NCBI GenBank assembly: GCA_015257485.1 | Contig: JABZKC010000001.1 | Coordinates: 5,078-69,077, forward strand | Direction of reading: 5' to 3' | DNA: 64,000 nt | From: Candidatus Nanosynbacter sp. | GTDB lineage: Bacteria; Patescibacteriota; Saccharimonadia; Saccharimonadales; Saccharimonadaceae | Part shown: in pieces, positions 29,110 to 39,137 of the stretch | Layout of the letters: every line of letters begins with the position of its first letter | Position numbering within the stretch: the stretch's first letter is position 1 | The notes under the pieces: model-generated | What the model was told of the DNA's origin: nothing | The model's input: only the letters and a program-made list of their open reading frames with translations | The model's database searches: none | Made by a program: the position numbers and the translations under genes

Positions 29110-30258
29110 CTACTTGATATTATAACGTGATTCCCCTGTTTGTGCAAGAGTTTTTCCCTTTTTTACCGTTCCAAAATCAATTCTGAAACTAAAACTCTTT
29201 TTCTGGTTATAAATTTCATATTTCAAACCATATCGTTTCAATAAATTTTTGACAATGTAAAGCCCCAAACCACTTCCGCTCTGCTCATTAGTGCCCGCTC
29301 TATACGAATTTTTAATTTCTAATTCTTCATCTCGCATCTGCACTGAAATCTTACCACCCTCCTCCGCATACTTCACTGCATTACCGATTAAATTCGCTAA
29401 CACCATCGATAAAGCCGTCCGATTCAACCAAATTTTTTGCTCTCCCACCTCCATTCGTATATGCAGATTCTTCTCCGCAATCATAATCTGATTGCGCCTC
29501 AAGGACTCTTCGACTACCTCTGAGATTTTTATCCATTCAGATTTTTCGAAACTATCCATTTTCGACATCAAGAGCAATTCTCGAATTCCCGCATCAAGTT
29601 CATCCACCGTTTCCCCACATTTTTCCAAATAAAAATCCCGATCCTTATATTTCCCTACCTTAAATTGCATGTTTTCCAAAACAATCTTCAAGCTGGTCAG
29701 TGGCGTTTTCAATTCATGCGAAGCCCCACGCAAAAATTCAAAATTCGCTTGCTTCATTCTCAGAGTTTCTTGTCTCGCGTAAAATCCTGCCACCACCAGC
29801 GAGAACACCACCGATCCCAGTAATGTCACCGGCAAAAACTTCAAGCTCAAATCAATCGCATCTTTTTCTAAATTTGCCGTCGAAACAAACTGCACCAAAG
29901 CCTCTTCTTCGTTTTTAAGCTTCACACTTTTTTCTTCAATAATCACCGAATTATTTTCACTCGTCCGATCCACAGGTAGTAGCTCCGAAACTTTCATCTC
30001 GTTCTCCGCATTTTGCGTTTTCAGATAAGCTTTAATCTCACCGCTTCTTGAATAAAAATCCAAAACCTGCTCCACGTACTCACGATTTTTGCCGGCTAAA
30101 TTTTTCGTCACATCCGAAGCCGTCTGCCTAATTTCTTTTGTTTTTTCTTCCAAATAAGATTTCGAAAGCGTATAAAATATCCCACCATGAATCATCGTCA
30201 CCACTCCAAGTAGTAATATCAAGACCCTGAAAAATCCCTTCCAAAAAATTCTTCTCAT
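29110..30258 (-). CDS. Sensor histidine kinase (membrane, HAMP-less)
   Basis: Two N-terminal TM helices, H-box HELKTPLTSLKI, and an ATP-binding domain with N, G1 (GSGLGLYIV) boxes. The stop is 2 nt from tRNA-Asp. Confidence 0.85.
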   Translation of the reverse strand: MRRIFWKGFFRVLILLLGVVTMIHGGIFYTLSKSYLEEKTKEIRQTASDVTKNLAGKNREYVEQVLDFYSRSGEIKAYLKTQNAENEMKVSELLPVDRTSENNSVIIEEKSVKLKNEEEALVQFVSTANLEKDAIDLSLKFLPVTLLGSVVFSLVVAGFYARQETLRMKQANFEFLRGASHELKTPLTSLKIVLENMQFKVGKYKDRDFYLEKCGETVDELDAGIRELLLMSKMDSFEKSEWIKISEVVEESLRRNQIMIAEKNLHIRMEVGEQKIWLNRTALSMVLANLIGNAVKYAEEGGKISVQMRDEELEIKNSYRAGTNEQSGSGLGLYIVKNLLKRYGLKYEIYNQKKSFSFRIDFGTVKKGKTLAQTGESRYNIK

Positions 30259-30911
30259 CCTCGCTCCAATTTATACCCCACTCCACGCGCCGTATAAATA
30301 CAATCCAGTTTTAATTTTTTTCTTAGCTCTTTAATATAAACATCGATCACCCGATCAAACGGAATTTCTTCACTTTCCTTCCAGACATTTTCAATAATTT
30401 GTTCCCTCTTGAGAACTCTCCCCTCATTCAAAAACAAATATTTTAAAATCTCCAATTCCTTCGGTTTCACTTCTACTGGTTGCCCTGCTACCTCAGCTCG
30501 AAAACTCACAAAATCAATCTTCGCCTCCCGATAAGAAAATCCCCTTACGTCCTCACCCAAAGTTTTCTTTAGCAATGCTTCCACTCGCGCCTTCAAAACC
30601 GGTAATGAAAACGGTTTTTCCATAAACCCGTCCGCCAAATTCGAAAAAGCCATGATCTGTGATTCTTCGTCCGAAAATGCCGTCATCATCAAAACCGGTA
30701 CTCGACTTTTTTCACGAATTTTTCTTAAAACTTCCAATCCACTCATCGACGGCAATTTGATATCTAAAATCACTAAATTAATTTCATGATTAAACTTCTT
30801 CAGCGCCTCTATCCCATCCCCCGCCTCGACCATCTCGTATTTAAATTCCCGCAAAAATTCTACCACCCCTTCCCGAATCATTCGGTCATCCTCTACGATC
30901 AGTATTTTCAT
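30255..30911 (-). CDS. OmpR/PhoB-family response regulator
   Basis: MKILIVEDDRMIREG...DIKLPSMSGLEVL receiver domain and a C-terminal winged-helix domain (VKPKELEILKYL...YIYTARGVGYKL). Overlaps the HK gene by 4 nt. Confidence 0.9.
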   Translation of the reverse strand: MKILIVEDDRMIREGVVEFLREFKYEMVEAGDGIEALKKFNHEINLVILDIKLPSMSGLEVLRKIREKSRVPVLMMTAFSDEESQIMAFSNLADGFMEKPFSLPVLKARVEALLKKTLGEDVRGFSYREAKIDFVSFRAEVAGQPVEVKPKELEILKYLFLNEGRVLKREQIIENVWKESEEIPFDRVIDVYIKELRKKLKLDCIYTARGVGYKLERG

Positions 30912-30930
30912 TAATCTAAATATACCAAAT

Positions 30931-32304
30931 TTAAAGCTCTGTCAAAAGTTCCTTTGGATTCTTTTTTAAATTTCGATAGCTTATTATCCCAAGCGAAATC
31001 AGTATAACTACCAACATGAAAACCACTGTTATCACTACCGCGCTAATCGTCATCTGTACATCAATCGCCGAAAGGGTTTTAGTAAAACCTTCCATTTCTG
31101 CGCCCCCACCTAGTTGCGTCGCCCCAGCCTGTTTTGCCATTTGTTTTGTCACCCCAGTTGTTACATTTTTTAAAATATCATTTCCCATGATTTTCGCAAA
31201 TTTTCCCGCCAAGACATAAGCCCCCACGAACGCCGGTAGGCTTACCATCAAAAGTTCTATCACGAACTGTCCGAAAATTTGTCCTTTTTCCAAGCCTATC
31301 GCCAGTAAAATTGCGATTTCTTTTTTTCGCGCATTCATCCAGAGTAGTAAAACTAGAGCCACTACTATTCCCGCAAAAATTAATGAACCGAAAAACATTT
31401 GGTTGGCCACTCCATACATTCCCGAAATTGATTGTTCTAAAGCTGGATAGTTTGAGGCACTTTTTATCAAATTATACTCGCGCCAATTCACATCCAATTT
31501 CTTCACCGCAGCCATCACTTGATCGAGATTCTTCTCGCCCTTCACGAAAAATGTTGCATCTTGATAAACCGCCGTATCCTCATCATTGCCATAAACTTTT
31601 GCCGCCGTAGAAACGTCCGTCACTAAAGTGTTTTCATAAAGCTCCTGTGCCGCTGTCACACCCCCCGTATTTTTCCCTGCAAACAAACCCTTGATCACCA
31701 CCTCTACAGTTTCGTTTGCCGCTTTTTCGTTATCCGCGTCAAATAAATTTGATTTAATTTTTATTTTATCCCCCACTTTCAAATTATTTTTCTTCGCCAA
31801 ATCTTCGTGCATCAAAATTTGATTTTTATCATTCGAATTCAGATGCCCACCCGAAACCAGTTTATACGCCCCCGAAACAAATTTGGTTTCTCTCGCCGAA
31901 TCATTCACGCCAGTTAGCATCACTGCGCGCTTAAAATTCTTCGCGCGTTCCGCCGACCTTCCGCGCAGAGTTTCTGGTGTCTCGATAATATCCTTATCTA
32001 CCAAATCCGCTACACTATTGATCCTTTTCACCGTATATTCAATCTCCGGCGACTCAGAAATTTTTTTAATATCCGCCCCCCTCACATTACCACCACCCCG
32101 CGGTGTACCTTGATTTACTTGGCGATTAATTTCCATTGAAAAACTATTAGTTACTCCCGAAAAAGCCTCACTCGCCGCCTTACTTGTCGCATCCTGAATC
32201 GCCAGACTGATCATTCCCAGTGCCGCCATTACTAGCACCACAGAAAAAATCACCAAACTTTTTAACTTTTTGCGCGTTACATATAAAAATGCATTTTTCA
32301 ACAT
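30931..32304 (-). CDS. ABC transporter permease, FtsX/MacB-type (4 TM plus a large extracytoplasmic domain)
   Basis: N-terminal TM, about 230-aa extracytoplasmic domain, three C-terminal TM helices. FtsX-fold architecture. Confidence 0.8.
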   Translation of the reverse strand: MLKNAFLYVTRKKLKSLVIFSVVLVMAALGMISLAIQDATSKAASEAFSGVTNSFSMEINRQVNQGTPRGGGNVRGADIKKISESPEIEYTVKRINSVADLVDKDIIETPETLRGRSAERAKNFKRAVMLTGVNDSARETKFVSGAYKLVSGGHLNSNDKNQILMHEDLAKKNNLKVGDKIKIKSNLFDADNEKAANETVEVVIKGLFAGKNTGGVTAAQELYENTLVTDVSTAAKVYGNDEDTAVYQDATFFVKGEKNLDQVMAAVKKLDVNWREYNLIKSASNYPALEQSISGMYGVANQMFFGSLIFAGIVVALVLLLWMNARKKEIAILLAIGLEKGQIFGQFVIELLMVSLPAFVGAYVLAGKFAKIMGNDILKNVTTGVTKQMAKQAGATQLGGGAEMEGFTKTLSAIDVQMTISAVVITVVFMLVVILISLGIISYRNLKKNPKELLTEL

Positions 32305-32930
32305 TATTTCAATTTCCTTCCCTTTAATTCCAAGATCACATCTGCCGAATCCGCCACCCTTTTACTATGCGTCACCACAATCACGCACTTATTACGCTCC
32401 TTTGCCAGTTTTTTCAAAACTTCAATAATTTCTTCCGCCGTGTTTTCGTCCAAATTTCCCGTCGGTTCATCCGCCAAAATGATCGGTGCCTCCGAAACTA
32501 ACGCCCGCGCGATCGCCACGCGTTGTTGCTGTCCACCCGAAAGCTTCATCACATTTCGATTTATTTGATCTTTATCTAATCCCAACTTCATCAAAATCTC
32601 ATCCGTCGCCTCTCGATTCACCAGTCTAATATTTTCTAGCGGCGTTAAGTAATCAATCAAATTATAGTTCTGAAAAACCAGAGCGATGTGATTTTTGCGA
32701 TGATAACTGTAACCGTATTTACCAATCTTTTCATCTTCAAACAAGATTTCGCCACTCTTCGGTTCATCTAATCCCGCGAGCAGTGAAAGCAAGGTAGATT
32801 TTCCTGCCCCCGATTTTCCGATAATCGCATAAAATTTCCCTCGCTCAAATTTCTGATCCACCCCTTCTAAAATATTTTCCCGATTTCCCTCGTAAGCATA
32901 TGAAACATTTTTAATTTTTAGTACACTCAT
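32304..32930 (-). CDS. ABC transporter ATP-binding protein (MacB/LolD-like). Start chosen at MSVLKIK, which is preceded by AGGAGG.
   Basis: [17 protein letters not shown] Walker [16 protein letters not shown] signature and [11 protein letters not shown] Walker B. Confidence 0.9.
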   Translation of the reverse strand: MSVLKIKNVSYAYEGNRENILEGVDQKFERGKFYAIIGKSGAGKSTLLSLLAGLDEPKSGEILFEDEKIGKYGYSYHRKNHIALVFQNYNLIDYLTPLENIRLVNREATDEILMKLGLDKDQINRNVMKLSGGQQQRVAIARALVSEAPIILADEPTGNLDENTAEEIIEVLKKLAKERNKCVIVVTHSKRVADSADVILELKGRKLK

Positions 32931-32938
32931 TTTTCCTC

Positions 32939-34180
32939 CTAACTTATTTTCGCTAAAATTTCTTTCGGTTTTTTCACTAAAATCATCCACGACGCCACTA
33001 TCACCGCTAGAACAATAATTAAAATCAAAAGTCCATAGCTCATCGCAAACATATCCATTCCTCCACCAGCCGTAAAGCTGCTTAAATCTAAATTATCTAA
33101 GCCCTCTTTCTGTAAAACCGCACTCAGAATCCATCCTACGAAAATTCTTCCCAGTATCGCCGCCAAAATAATTGCCGGCAACGAAATTAATATCATTTCG
33201 AAGATAAATTGACCCATAATTTTCATTTTGCTGCGCCCAATCGCCAGCAATATCCCAATTTCATACATCCTTTCCCGCACCCAAAGAATTAAAACCAAGG
33301 ACAATACAATTATTCCCGCGCCAATCACCGCCATAATCATCATAAAAATCATCTGTTTCACCATATCTAGCGACTCTACCATCCCCGAGAATTGATTTTC
33401 TTCTTCAATCATCTCAAAGTCTCCTAGCTGAACACTTTTTTTATTCATTTCTGCCTTTAACGCCGCTACTTTTCCGGAATCAGATACCAATAATTTTAGA
33501 CTCGTCACCAGTTTTTTCTTGCCAAAAATTTGCGCCATCGTCGTGTAGTCCATGAACATCATATTCTCACTAAAATCCGAAGACATCCCGGTGTATTTTT
33601 CTTGTTTTTTCCCGGTAAAAATTCCTTGAATAAAAAGTTCTAACTCTTCCTCTTCCCCTAAAACTTTTAGACTCACCTTATCGCCGACCTTCCACTGGTT
33701 CTTCTTCGCCAGTACTTCATGCACTAAAACCTTTCCAGCTTCCCCACGCGCAATATTTTTCCCTTCAATCAACTTAAATACTTCACTACGAAATAACGGG
33801 TCTTTCTCCACATCACTTATAACCTGAAGCATAACCGCGTTTCCTAAGTAGCCCGGCAAATCTTCTCGCATCACAATTTGCTCACCCGCCACCACCTTGC
33901 CGTTTTTTAATTCTGCCACCCCTTCATATTGATAAATCTTCTCTGTCCCAAGTTTGCTATCAATCAAATCAAAACTTTCCGCATTAAAAGTCTCAGATTT
34001 TAATGATCTAATTTTTAACCCCAAATCATTCGCGCTATTTATCACACCCGCCATTTTTTCGCTAGTTTTTATTATTGAAAAACCGGCATAAATCACCGCC
34101 AGAATTAAAGTTAAAATCAAAAATATCAACGCCGTACGCGTGCGTTTTCGAAAAACATAAGCTACCGCATTTTTAATCAT
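32939..34180 (-). CDS. ABC transporter permease, FtsX/MacB-type (second copy)
   Basis: Same 1+3 TM architecture with an extracytoplasmic domain. Gene order permease-ATPase-permease. Confidence 0.8.
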   Translation of the reverse strand: MIKNAVAYVFRKRTRTALIFLILTLILAVIYAGFSIIKTSEKMAGVINSANDLGLKIRSLKSETFNAESFDLIDSKLGTEKIYQYEGVAELKNGKVVAGEQIVMREDLPGYLGNAVMLQVISDVEKDPLFRSEVFKLIEGKNIARGEAGKVLVHEVLAKKNQWKVGDKVSLKVLGEEEELELFIQGIFTGKKQEKYTGMSSDFSENMMFMDYTTMAQIFGKKKLVTSLKLLVSDSGKVAALKAEMNKKSVQLGDFEMIEEENQFSGMVESLDMVKQMIFMMIMAVIGAGIIVLSLVLILWVRERMYEIGILLAIGRSKMKIMGQFIFEMILISLPAIILAAILGRIFVGWILSAVLQKEGLDNLDLSSFTAGGGMDMFAMSYGLLILIIVLAVIVASWMILVKKPKEILAKIS

Positions 34181-34270
34181 TTCTCCTCCATATTTTTATT
34201 TTAAATTTTAATTATGAAGCCACTGTGAATTTTCCAAAATCCCCCTCAAATTATGATAAAATGAAATTAC

Positions 34271-34345
34271 GCGAGTGTCGTATAACGGCTATTATATTTC
34301 CTTCCCAAGGAAGAGACGAGGGTCCGACTCCCTCCACTCGCACCA
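34271..34345 (+). tRNA. Putative tRNA-Gly (anticodon CCC). Weak D-arm and an unusual C55 in the T-loop.
   Basis: Perfect 7-bp acceptor GCGAGTG/CACTCGC, anticodon arm TTTCC-TTCCCAA-GGAAG, T-arm GAGGG-TCCGACT-CCCTC, discriminator A, encoded CCA. The D-stem has only 3 pairs. Confidence 0.55.
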
Positions 34346-34600
34346 GACCATAATAAGAAAGAGTATTTATACTCTTTATTTTTATGGTCGCCCGTCCGAG
34401 AAAGACCGCGAAGCGGGATTACTCGCACCAAATCAAAAAAATAAGAACGTTTACGTTCTTTATTTTTTTGATTGCCTGTACGAGAAAGATTACGGAGTAA
34501 TCTTACTCGCACTATTTTTTGAAATGATACTTCATTTTTTTAATTGCCTGTACGAGAAAGACTACGCAGTAATCTTTCTCGTACTAGTGTTTAGTTTCGC
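34346..34600 (+). repeat. Three tandem diverged repeat units of about 70-75 bp downstream of the tRNA-Gly-like gene
   Basis: Units end at 34430, about 34512 and about 34584 with ACTCGCACCA / ACTCGCAC / TCTCGTAC, echoing the tRNA 3' end CCACTCGCACCA. Units 2 and 3 contain 12-15-bp inverted repeats (GTACGAGAAAGAtTAcggagTAATCTTtCTCGtAC). AT hairpins with T-tracts lie between units (AAGAGTATTTATACTCTTTATTTTT; AAGAACGTTTACGTTCTTTATTTTTTT). Confidence 0.6.
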
Positions 34601-34909
34601 CACTACTAAATAATCGATTATTGTTGTTTGACGGCTTAACCCGTTGCTTTCGAGGTCGCCCCATAGTCTTTCTAATCGATTTTTGAACTGATTAGAGGAA
34701 GAGGTATTATTAGGACTTGCGGCAACATTGATTTCAATTTTAGTAAACTCATCATTGAAGGATTTTGCATTTTTCCCCACCTCTGGGTTTTAAAACATAA
34801 GTGGCGGTACTTCACTTACCCAATAGTTATAAATAGCGCGGTCTAAGACACGGCCTATGTTTTTCAAAATAATCTGCTAATTCTTTGCTACCTCATCCAT
34901 AAGGCCTCT

Positions 34910-35611
34910 TTAATTGCTAGTTTCCCAAACACAGCTAATTTCTTTTGATATAGTTATATCATCTGGCTTAAATGTTTCGTCAATGTTTTTAATTTCTTGT
35001 TCTAATCCTTGCATTGGAGCCGAGCCAAAACGGACAGATTTGGCTAGCCCCATATCCCCCATCACTCCATTACGAACAGAATCAATTTCTACACGCACAC
35101 AATCACGTAAATTTTTGTTAGCGGCAACGGCTAGAGCTTCGGCTTTTTTCTTAGCATCTTCGTAGGCGCTAGCAATTAGTTCGCGTTGTTTCGATGCGAC
35201 ATCTTTTAATCCAAAATCTATATGAAGCATTGGTGCATTAGAAATCTTTGACGAAATAGCAAGTAGTTTTGCAAGCCTCATTTTGTCATAATCGAACTCT
35301 AGGTAAGCAAATTGCGAGAAGAAGAAGCCATCAGAAACACGTTTTTGCAAATTTTTTCCCAAATCAGCTTCAGTTTGTGGCTCTAAGCTATTAATATGAA
35401 ATTCTTCTCGAATAAAATATGCTCTGGTCTTAAAATCCTCTGGCTTGAAATCAGTTACCTCCGAGATGCTTTCTATGTAATTTTTTACTTTTTCTACGCC
35501 ACCTTTTAGAGCTTCGTCATAAGTCATAGCGTGAAAATTAAAATTAACACTTGCTTTAATTTGGTCTGGAGCGAAATCTTTTTCTCCTTGGCCATTCACG
35601 AATATCTGCAT
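34910..35611 (-). CDS. SIMPL/DUF541-domain protein (BP26/OMP28-like)
   Basis: 233 aa. The overall pattern (alternating beta-rich segments, ...AYEDAKKKAEALAVAA...RFGSAPM...) resembles SIMPL-family proteins. Judged from pattern only. Confidence 0.5.
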   Translation of the reverse strand: MQIFVNGQGEKDFAPDQIKASVNFNFHAMTYDEALKGGVEKVKNYIESISEVTDFKPEDFKTRAYFIREEFHINSLEPQTEADLGKNLQKRVSDGFFFSQFAYLEFDYDKMRLAKLLAISSKISNAPMLHIDFGLKDVASKQRELIASAYEDAKKKAEALAVAANKNLRDCVRVEIDSVRNGVMGDMGLAKSVRFGSAPMQGLEQEIKNIDETFKPDDITISKEISCVWETSN

Positions 35612-35729
35612 TATTGCCTCCTATTTAATATGTATATTATACCAGAGAATCGAGTTTAAAAAGCACATGTAAACGAATTCACTAAAAAGTCCACCCCTGT
35701 TTCCAGAGGTGGATTCTAATTAATCACAC

Positions 35730-36845
35730 TTAAGATTCTTGGCGGTCAATTTTAATTAATTCTTTGACCTTCCCAGAATCTCGAATTTCCTTCATTTGTC
35801 TATCAAATTCCGTGAACGAAATTTTGATCGAAGTATAATTCACCGTCGAATCAGTTTTCGCTACCAATTTCACGAAGTAATAACCATCTCCTGAACTTGA
35901 TACAAATTTATCCGAAATTTCCCCCGCATTGAGACTCATCGCTTTTAGTGATCTGCCACCATCTACGTTCATTTTATCGACCAAGCCACCGGTTTCTTCA
36001 TATAGTACCTTATCGCCCAGCTCTTCCGAAATCGTCTTCAAATCTTTTCCAGACTTAATCAAAGATTCTACCTGCGCCGCAAGCTGCACTGCATTCATAT
36101 CAATTGCCTGCGAAACTTTTTCCTTCACTAGTGACAGATAAATCATTCGACGATATTCCTTCATCGTCAAACCAAAATTATCTTCCAGGATCTTCTTAAA
36201 ACCTTCTTCACTACGTTCCACCCCACCAATTTTTCGGTGCTCTAAAATCGTTTCGTCCACTTCTTTATCCGTCACCGTCAAATCATTTTCTTTCGCCAAT
36301 TTCAAGGCCCAAGCATAATTTTCTGCTTCATCCAGCGCCAAGCGCTTATAATGCTGCTCCATAAAATCATTATCTTTCGCATTATCTAATTTACCCTGTT
36401 GTTTTTCGATCGGCGTAATCGTACCATGATAAATCAAAAGATAATCCGAATAACGCACATCCGCGCCGTTTACGTTAGCCACCGATACTGGCAAAAGTTG
36501 AGTCAAACGATAAAGAATCGGATTCGTACTCTGCCATTTATAAAGCATAAAATAACCTGCCCCCGAAGCCAAAACCACCGCCATCACTGATAAAATAATC
36601 GTCACCGTCACCACACGATATTTTGCATATTGCATTGGGTACTTAAATTTACGTCCCTTCGATAGCACCTCCTCGCGGCGTTCTTCGACCTTCTCCAGTT
36701 CCGTCTTATTCTTGAACTCTTCAATCTTTTTTTGTTCGCGTTTCTGCTTCATTTTCGCCACGATTGAAAGTCTCTTCTCTTTTACGGCGTCGGTTTCGTT
36801 TGTCATAGTCTTATCCACTTCGTTTTCTAATTTAGCTTTGCTCAT
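35730..36845 (-). CDS. Membrane-anchored protein with a SurA-N/PpiD-like chaperone domain (371 aa)
   Basis: N-terminal K/E-rich coiled coil, one TM helix (VVTVTIILSVMAVVLASGAGYFML), then a region resembling the SurA N-terminal/PpiD chaperone domain. Confidence 0.45.
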   Translation of the reverse strand: MSKAKLENEVDKTMTNETDAVKEKRLSIVAKMKQKREQKKIEEFKNKTELEKVEERREEVLSKGRKFKYPMQYAKYRVVTVTIILSVMAVVLASGAGYFMLYKWQSTNPILYRLTQLLPVSVANVNGADVRYSDYLLIYHGTITPIEKQQGKLDNAKDNDFMEQHYKRLALDEAENYAWALKLAKENDLTVTDKEVDETILEHRKIGGVERSEEGFKKILEDNFGLTMKEYRRMIYLSLVKEKVSQAIDMNAVQLAAQVESLIKSGKDLKTISEELGDKVLYEETGGLVDKMNVDGGRSLKAMSLNAGEISDKFVSSSGDGYYFVKLVAKTDSTVNYTSIKISFTEFDRQMKEIRDSGKVKELIKIDRQES

Positions 36846-36848
36846 TTC

Positions 36849-37328
36849 CTATTTCTCATTAATTAGATTTTGTAAATCGTTATAAATTTTTTCCGAATTT
36901 TTCACCATCGATATTACCAAATCCCCCACCGCTGTTTGAATTACAATCGTACCATATCCCATTAATCCTGCCCGAATTCCGCTCACACCATAAGAAATAC
37001 TTTGAATCTTATCTAACCCCAAGTCTACCACTGATTTCTTAAACAAGCCTCGTTGTGAAATCTGACGAATCCGCTGATTGGTCACGATATAAATCGAAAA
37101 ATACCATAACATGTAAGAATATAAAAATCCTAAAACCCCCACCAAAATCAGTGCCAAGAAGGTTTCAAAAATCATCATATTATTTGGCCAAAGTAAGGTC
37201 AATCCCACCCCAATCATAATCATCAAAATTAAAAATATCACGCCGGACTTTACCGTCAAAAAATGGCGTCGGAACACAAACTGCACCTCTTCGCCTTCTC
37301 TCTGACCATCAAAAATCATTTTTCTCAT
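36849..37328 (-). CDS. Bacterial PH-domain (bPH_2/YdbS-like) membrane protein
   Basis: Two TM helices followed by IYIVTNQRIRQISQRGLFKKSVVDLGLDKIQSISYGVSGI, a typical bPH_2 pattern. Confidence 0.55.
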   Translation of the reverse strand: MRKMIFDGQREGEEVQFVFRRHFLTVKSGVIFLILMIMIGVGLTLLWPNNMMIFETFLALILVGVLGFLYSYMLWYFSIYIVTNQRIRQISQRGLFKKSVVDLGLDKIQSISYGVSGIRAGLMGYGTIVIQTAVGDLVISMVKNSEKIYNDLQNLINEK

Positions 37329-37335
37329 ACGTATT

Positions 37336-37411
37336 TGGTGACCCGGGCGGGAGTCGAACTCGCAACCTTCTCCTTAGGACGGAGCCGCTCTATCCATTGA
37401 GCTACCAGGCC
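37336..37411 (-). tRNA. tRNA-Arg (anticodon CCT)
   Basis: Reverse complement GGCCTGGTAGCTCAATGGATAGAGCGGCTCCGTCCTAAGGAGAAGGTTGCGAGTTCGACTCCCGCCCGGGTCACCA. Anticodon loop GTCCTAA. One A-C mismatch in the T-stem. Confidence 0.8.
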
Positions 37412-37519
37412 ATACTTAAATTATACCATATTCGATTCCACGACCATTTTTGATAAACATAGAGATTAACTAAGACTTTTTAGTAAAATAACCTAGGAAT
37501 TGTTATATAACTTCATAGT

Positions 37520-38308
37520 TTAGTTATTATGATGAACATCGTTTTCCAAAAATGGATTAACTAAATCCATCCACTCCAAAGGCAAATAAACAGATAGATA
37601 ACCATGATTATATCCTTTCGCTTCATATACGGTACAATCGGGATGCATTTTTTGAAATAGCTTAGCCGATTCCTTAACGCAACTCATTTCTTTTTCACCA
37701 TAAATATATAGAACCTGCGCTTTGCTTTCTGCAATAGAATGTTTAAGCCTATATTCTCCCATATATGTTTGATATATAGTCACCAATGTTTTAATCGGCG
37801 TCCTTGGCATATCCTCCATATAATAGTTTTCTATTTCTTTCGGATAAGCCATATTAGGAAACATTTTTTTCATTAAACTCAACTGAATTTTACATGCATA
37901 TTTGCTAAACATAAGTTTTCCAAATAATTTTACAATAATCGTACTGACCCTTGCCAGCCTGGGTTGAGGAATACAAATACTACCATCTATTATTGCTTTC
38001 TGAGCTATATCACTATTTAGCGATAATAGCTCAATAGCAATTTGACCTCCCAAAGAAACACCTCCCACAGCAAACAATTTTCCATCGCAATTATTTTTTA
38101 TATAGTCCATAATTTGACGTGCGGAATTTTCAGTTGAAATATACTCTTTTTGATATTCTTCTCCATGACCATCAAGTGTTGGTAAGATCACATGATATTT
38201 ATCGGATAACATACGAGCTTGCCGGAGATAATTCCACCAGGAATTACCTCCGCCATGTATCAATAATATATGTGGAAATTTTTTATCACCAAATTCATGA
38301 AATATCAT
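37520..38308 (-). CDS. Alpha/beta-fold hydrolase
   Basis: HILLIHGGGNSWWNY (HG oxyanion region), GVSLGGQIA (GxSxG nucleophile elbow) and a C-terminal GYNHGY (His of the triad). Confidence 0.75.
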   Translation of the reverse strand: MIFHEFGDKKFPHILLIHGGGNSWWNYLRQARMLSDKYHVILPTLDGHGEEYQKEYISTENSARQIMDYIKNNCDGKLFAVGGVSLGGQIAIELLSLNSDIAQKAIIDGSICIPQPRLARVSTIIVKLFGKLMFSKYACKIQLSLMKKMFPNMAYPKEIENYYMEDMPRTPIKTLVTIYQTYMGEYRLKHSIAESKAQVLYIYGEKEMSCVKESAKLFQKMHPDCTVYEAKGYNHGYLSVYLPLEWMDLVNPFLENDVHHNN

Positions 38309-39134
38309 ATTCCAAAACCTCCACCACCTTCGCCACTAAAAACGCCATCACATTAAAAATTACGATCGTCGCCCCGGTCGGAGTGGCTACAAAATACGAA
38401 AAGATAATTCCCATTACCATACAAAATATCGAAACTATCACTGAGCTAAAAACCACCGCCTTAAAACTTTTCACCACTTGCATCGCCGTCACCGTCGGGA
38501 AAATAATTAAACTCGAAATCAGAAGCGCCCCCACCAGTCGCATTCCCAACACCACTACCACCGCACACAAAATCGCAAAAATTGTATTTAATCGCTCAGT
38601 TTTCAGCCCAATCGATTTGGCAAAATTCTCATCAAACGTCATCGCGAAAATCTCATGGTATTTCACGATAAAGAATAGAATCACCACCAGCGAAAAAATC
38701 ACTCCCACTACCACATCGGAATCATCTAGCGCCAGGATACTGCCGAATAAATAATTATTAATATCCGTGTTCACTCCCTTGACCACCGAAATCACCAAAG
38801 TTCCCACCGCCAGTGCCCCCGCTGAAAGCATCGCGATTAGAGCATCCGCGTCCACCTTACTTTTCTGGTTCACCTGCAAAATCAAAATCGCCGCCAAAAT
38901 CACTATCGGTAAGGCAAATTGCAGTGGCATCACCCCAATTACCGTCGCAATCGCAAACGCACCGAATCCCACATGTGAAAGTCCATCCCCAATCATCGCT
39001 TTTCGCCTTAGTACCAAGGACACTCCAATCAGTCCCGCCGTCACTGCCAGCACTACCCCCACTACCAGAGCCTTTACCATAAATTGGTATTGCCACATTT
39101 CCAGAAACTTTTCCAAAATTCCGTTCATCGCCAC
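38295..39134 (-). CDS. znuB: Metal (Zn/Mn) ABC transporter permease, ABC-3 family
   Basis: About 8 TM helices with FMVKALVVGVVLAVTAGLIGVSLVLRR, typical of ZnuB/MntB. Four antisense plus-strand ORFs in this span were rejected. Confidence 0.85.
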   Translation of the reverse strand: MAMNGILEKFLEMWQYQFMVKALVVGVVLAVTAGLIGVSLVLRRKAMIGDGLSHVGFGAFAIATVIGVMPLQFALPIVILAAILILQVNQKSKVDADALIAMLSAGALAVGTLVISVVKGVNTDINNYLFGSILALDDSDVVVGVIFSLVVILFFIVKYHEIFAMTFDENFAKSIGLKTERLNTIFAILCAVVVVLGMRLVGALLISSLIIFPTVTAMQVVKSFKAVVFSSVIVSIFCMVMGIIFSYFVATPTGATIVIFNVMAFLVAKVVEVLEYDIS

Positions 39135-39137
39135 CTC

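Noticed and set aside
34267-34613. ORFs 34267..34512 (-) and 34275..34613 (+)
   Set aside because: They overlap the tRNA-Gly-like gene and the hairpin repeat array. The translations are basic, repetitive read-through of the repeats.
34562-34780. 72-aa minus-strand ORF
   Set aside because: Short, partly overlapping repeat unit 3, with no motif or RBS evidence. Could be a real small protein but it is not supportable.
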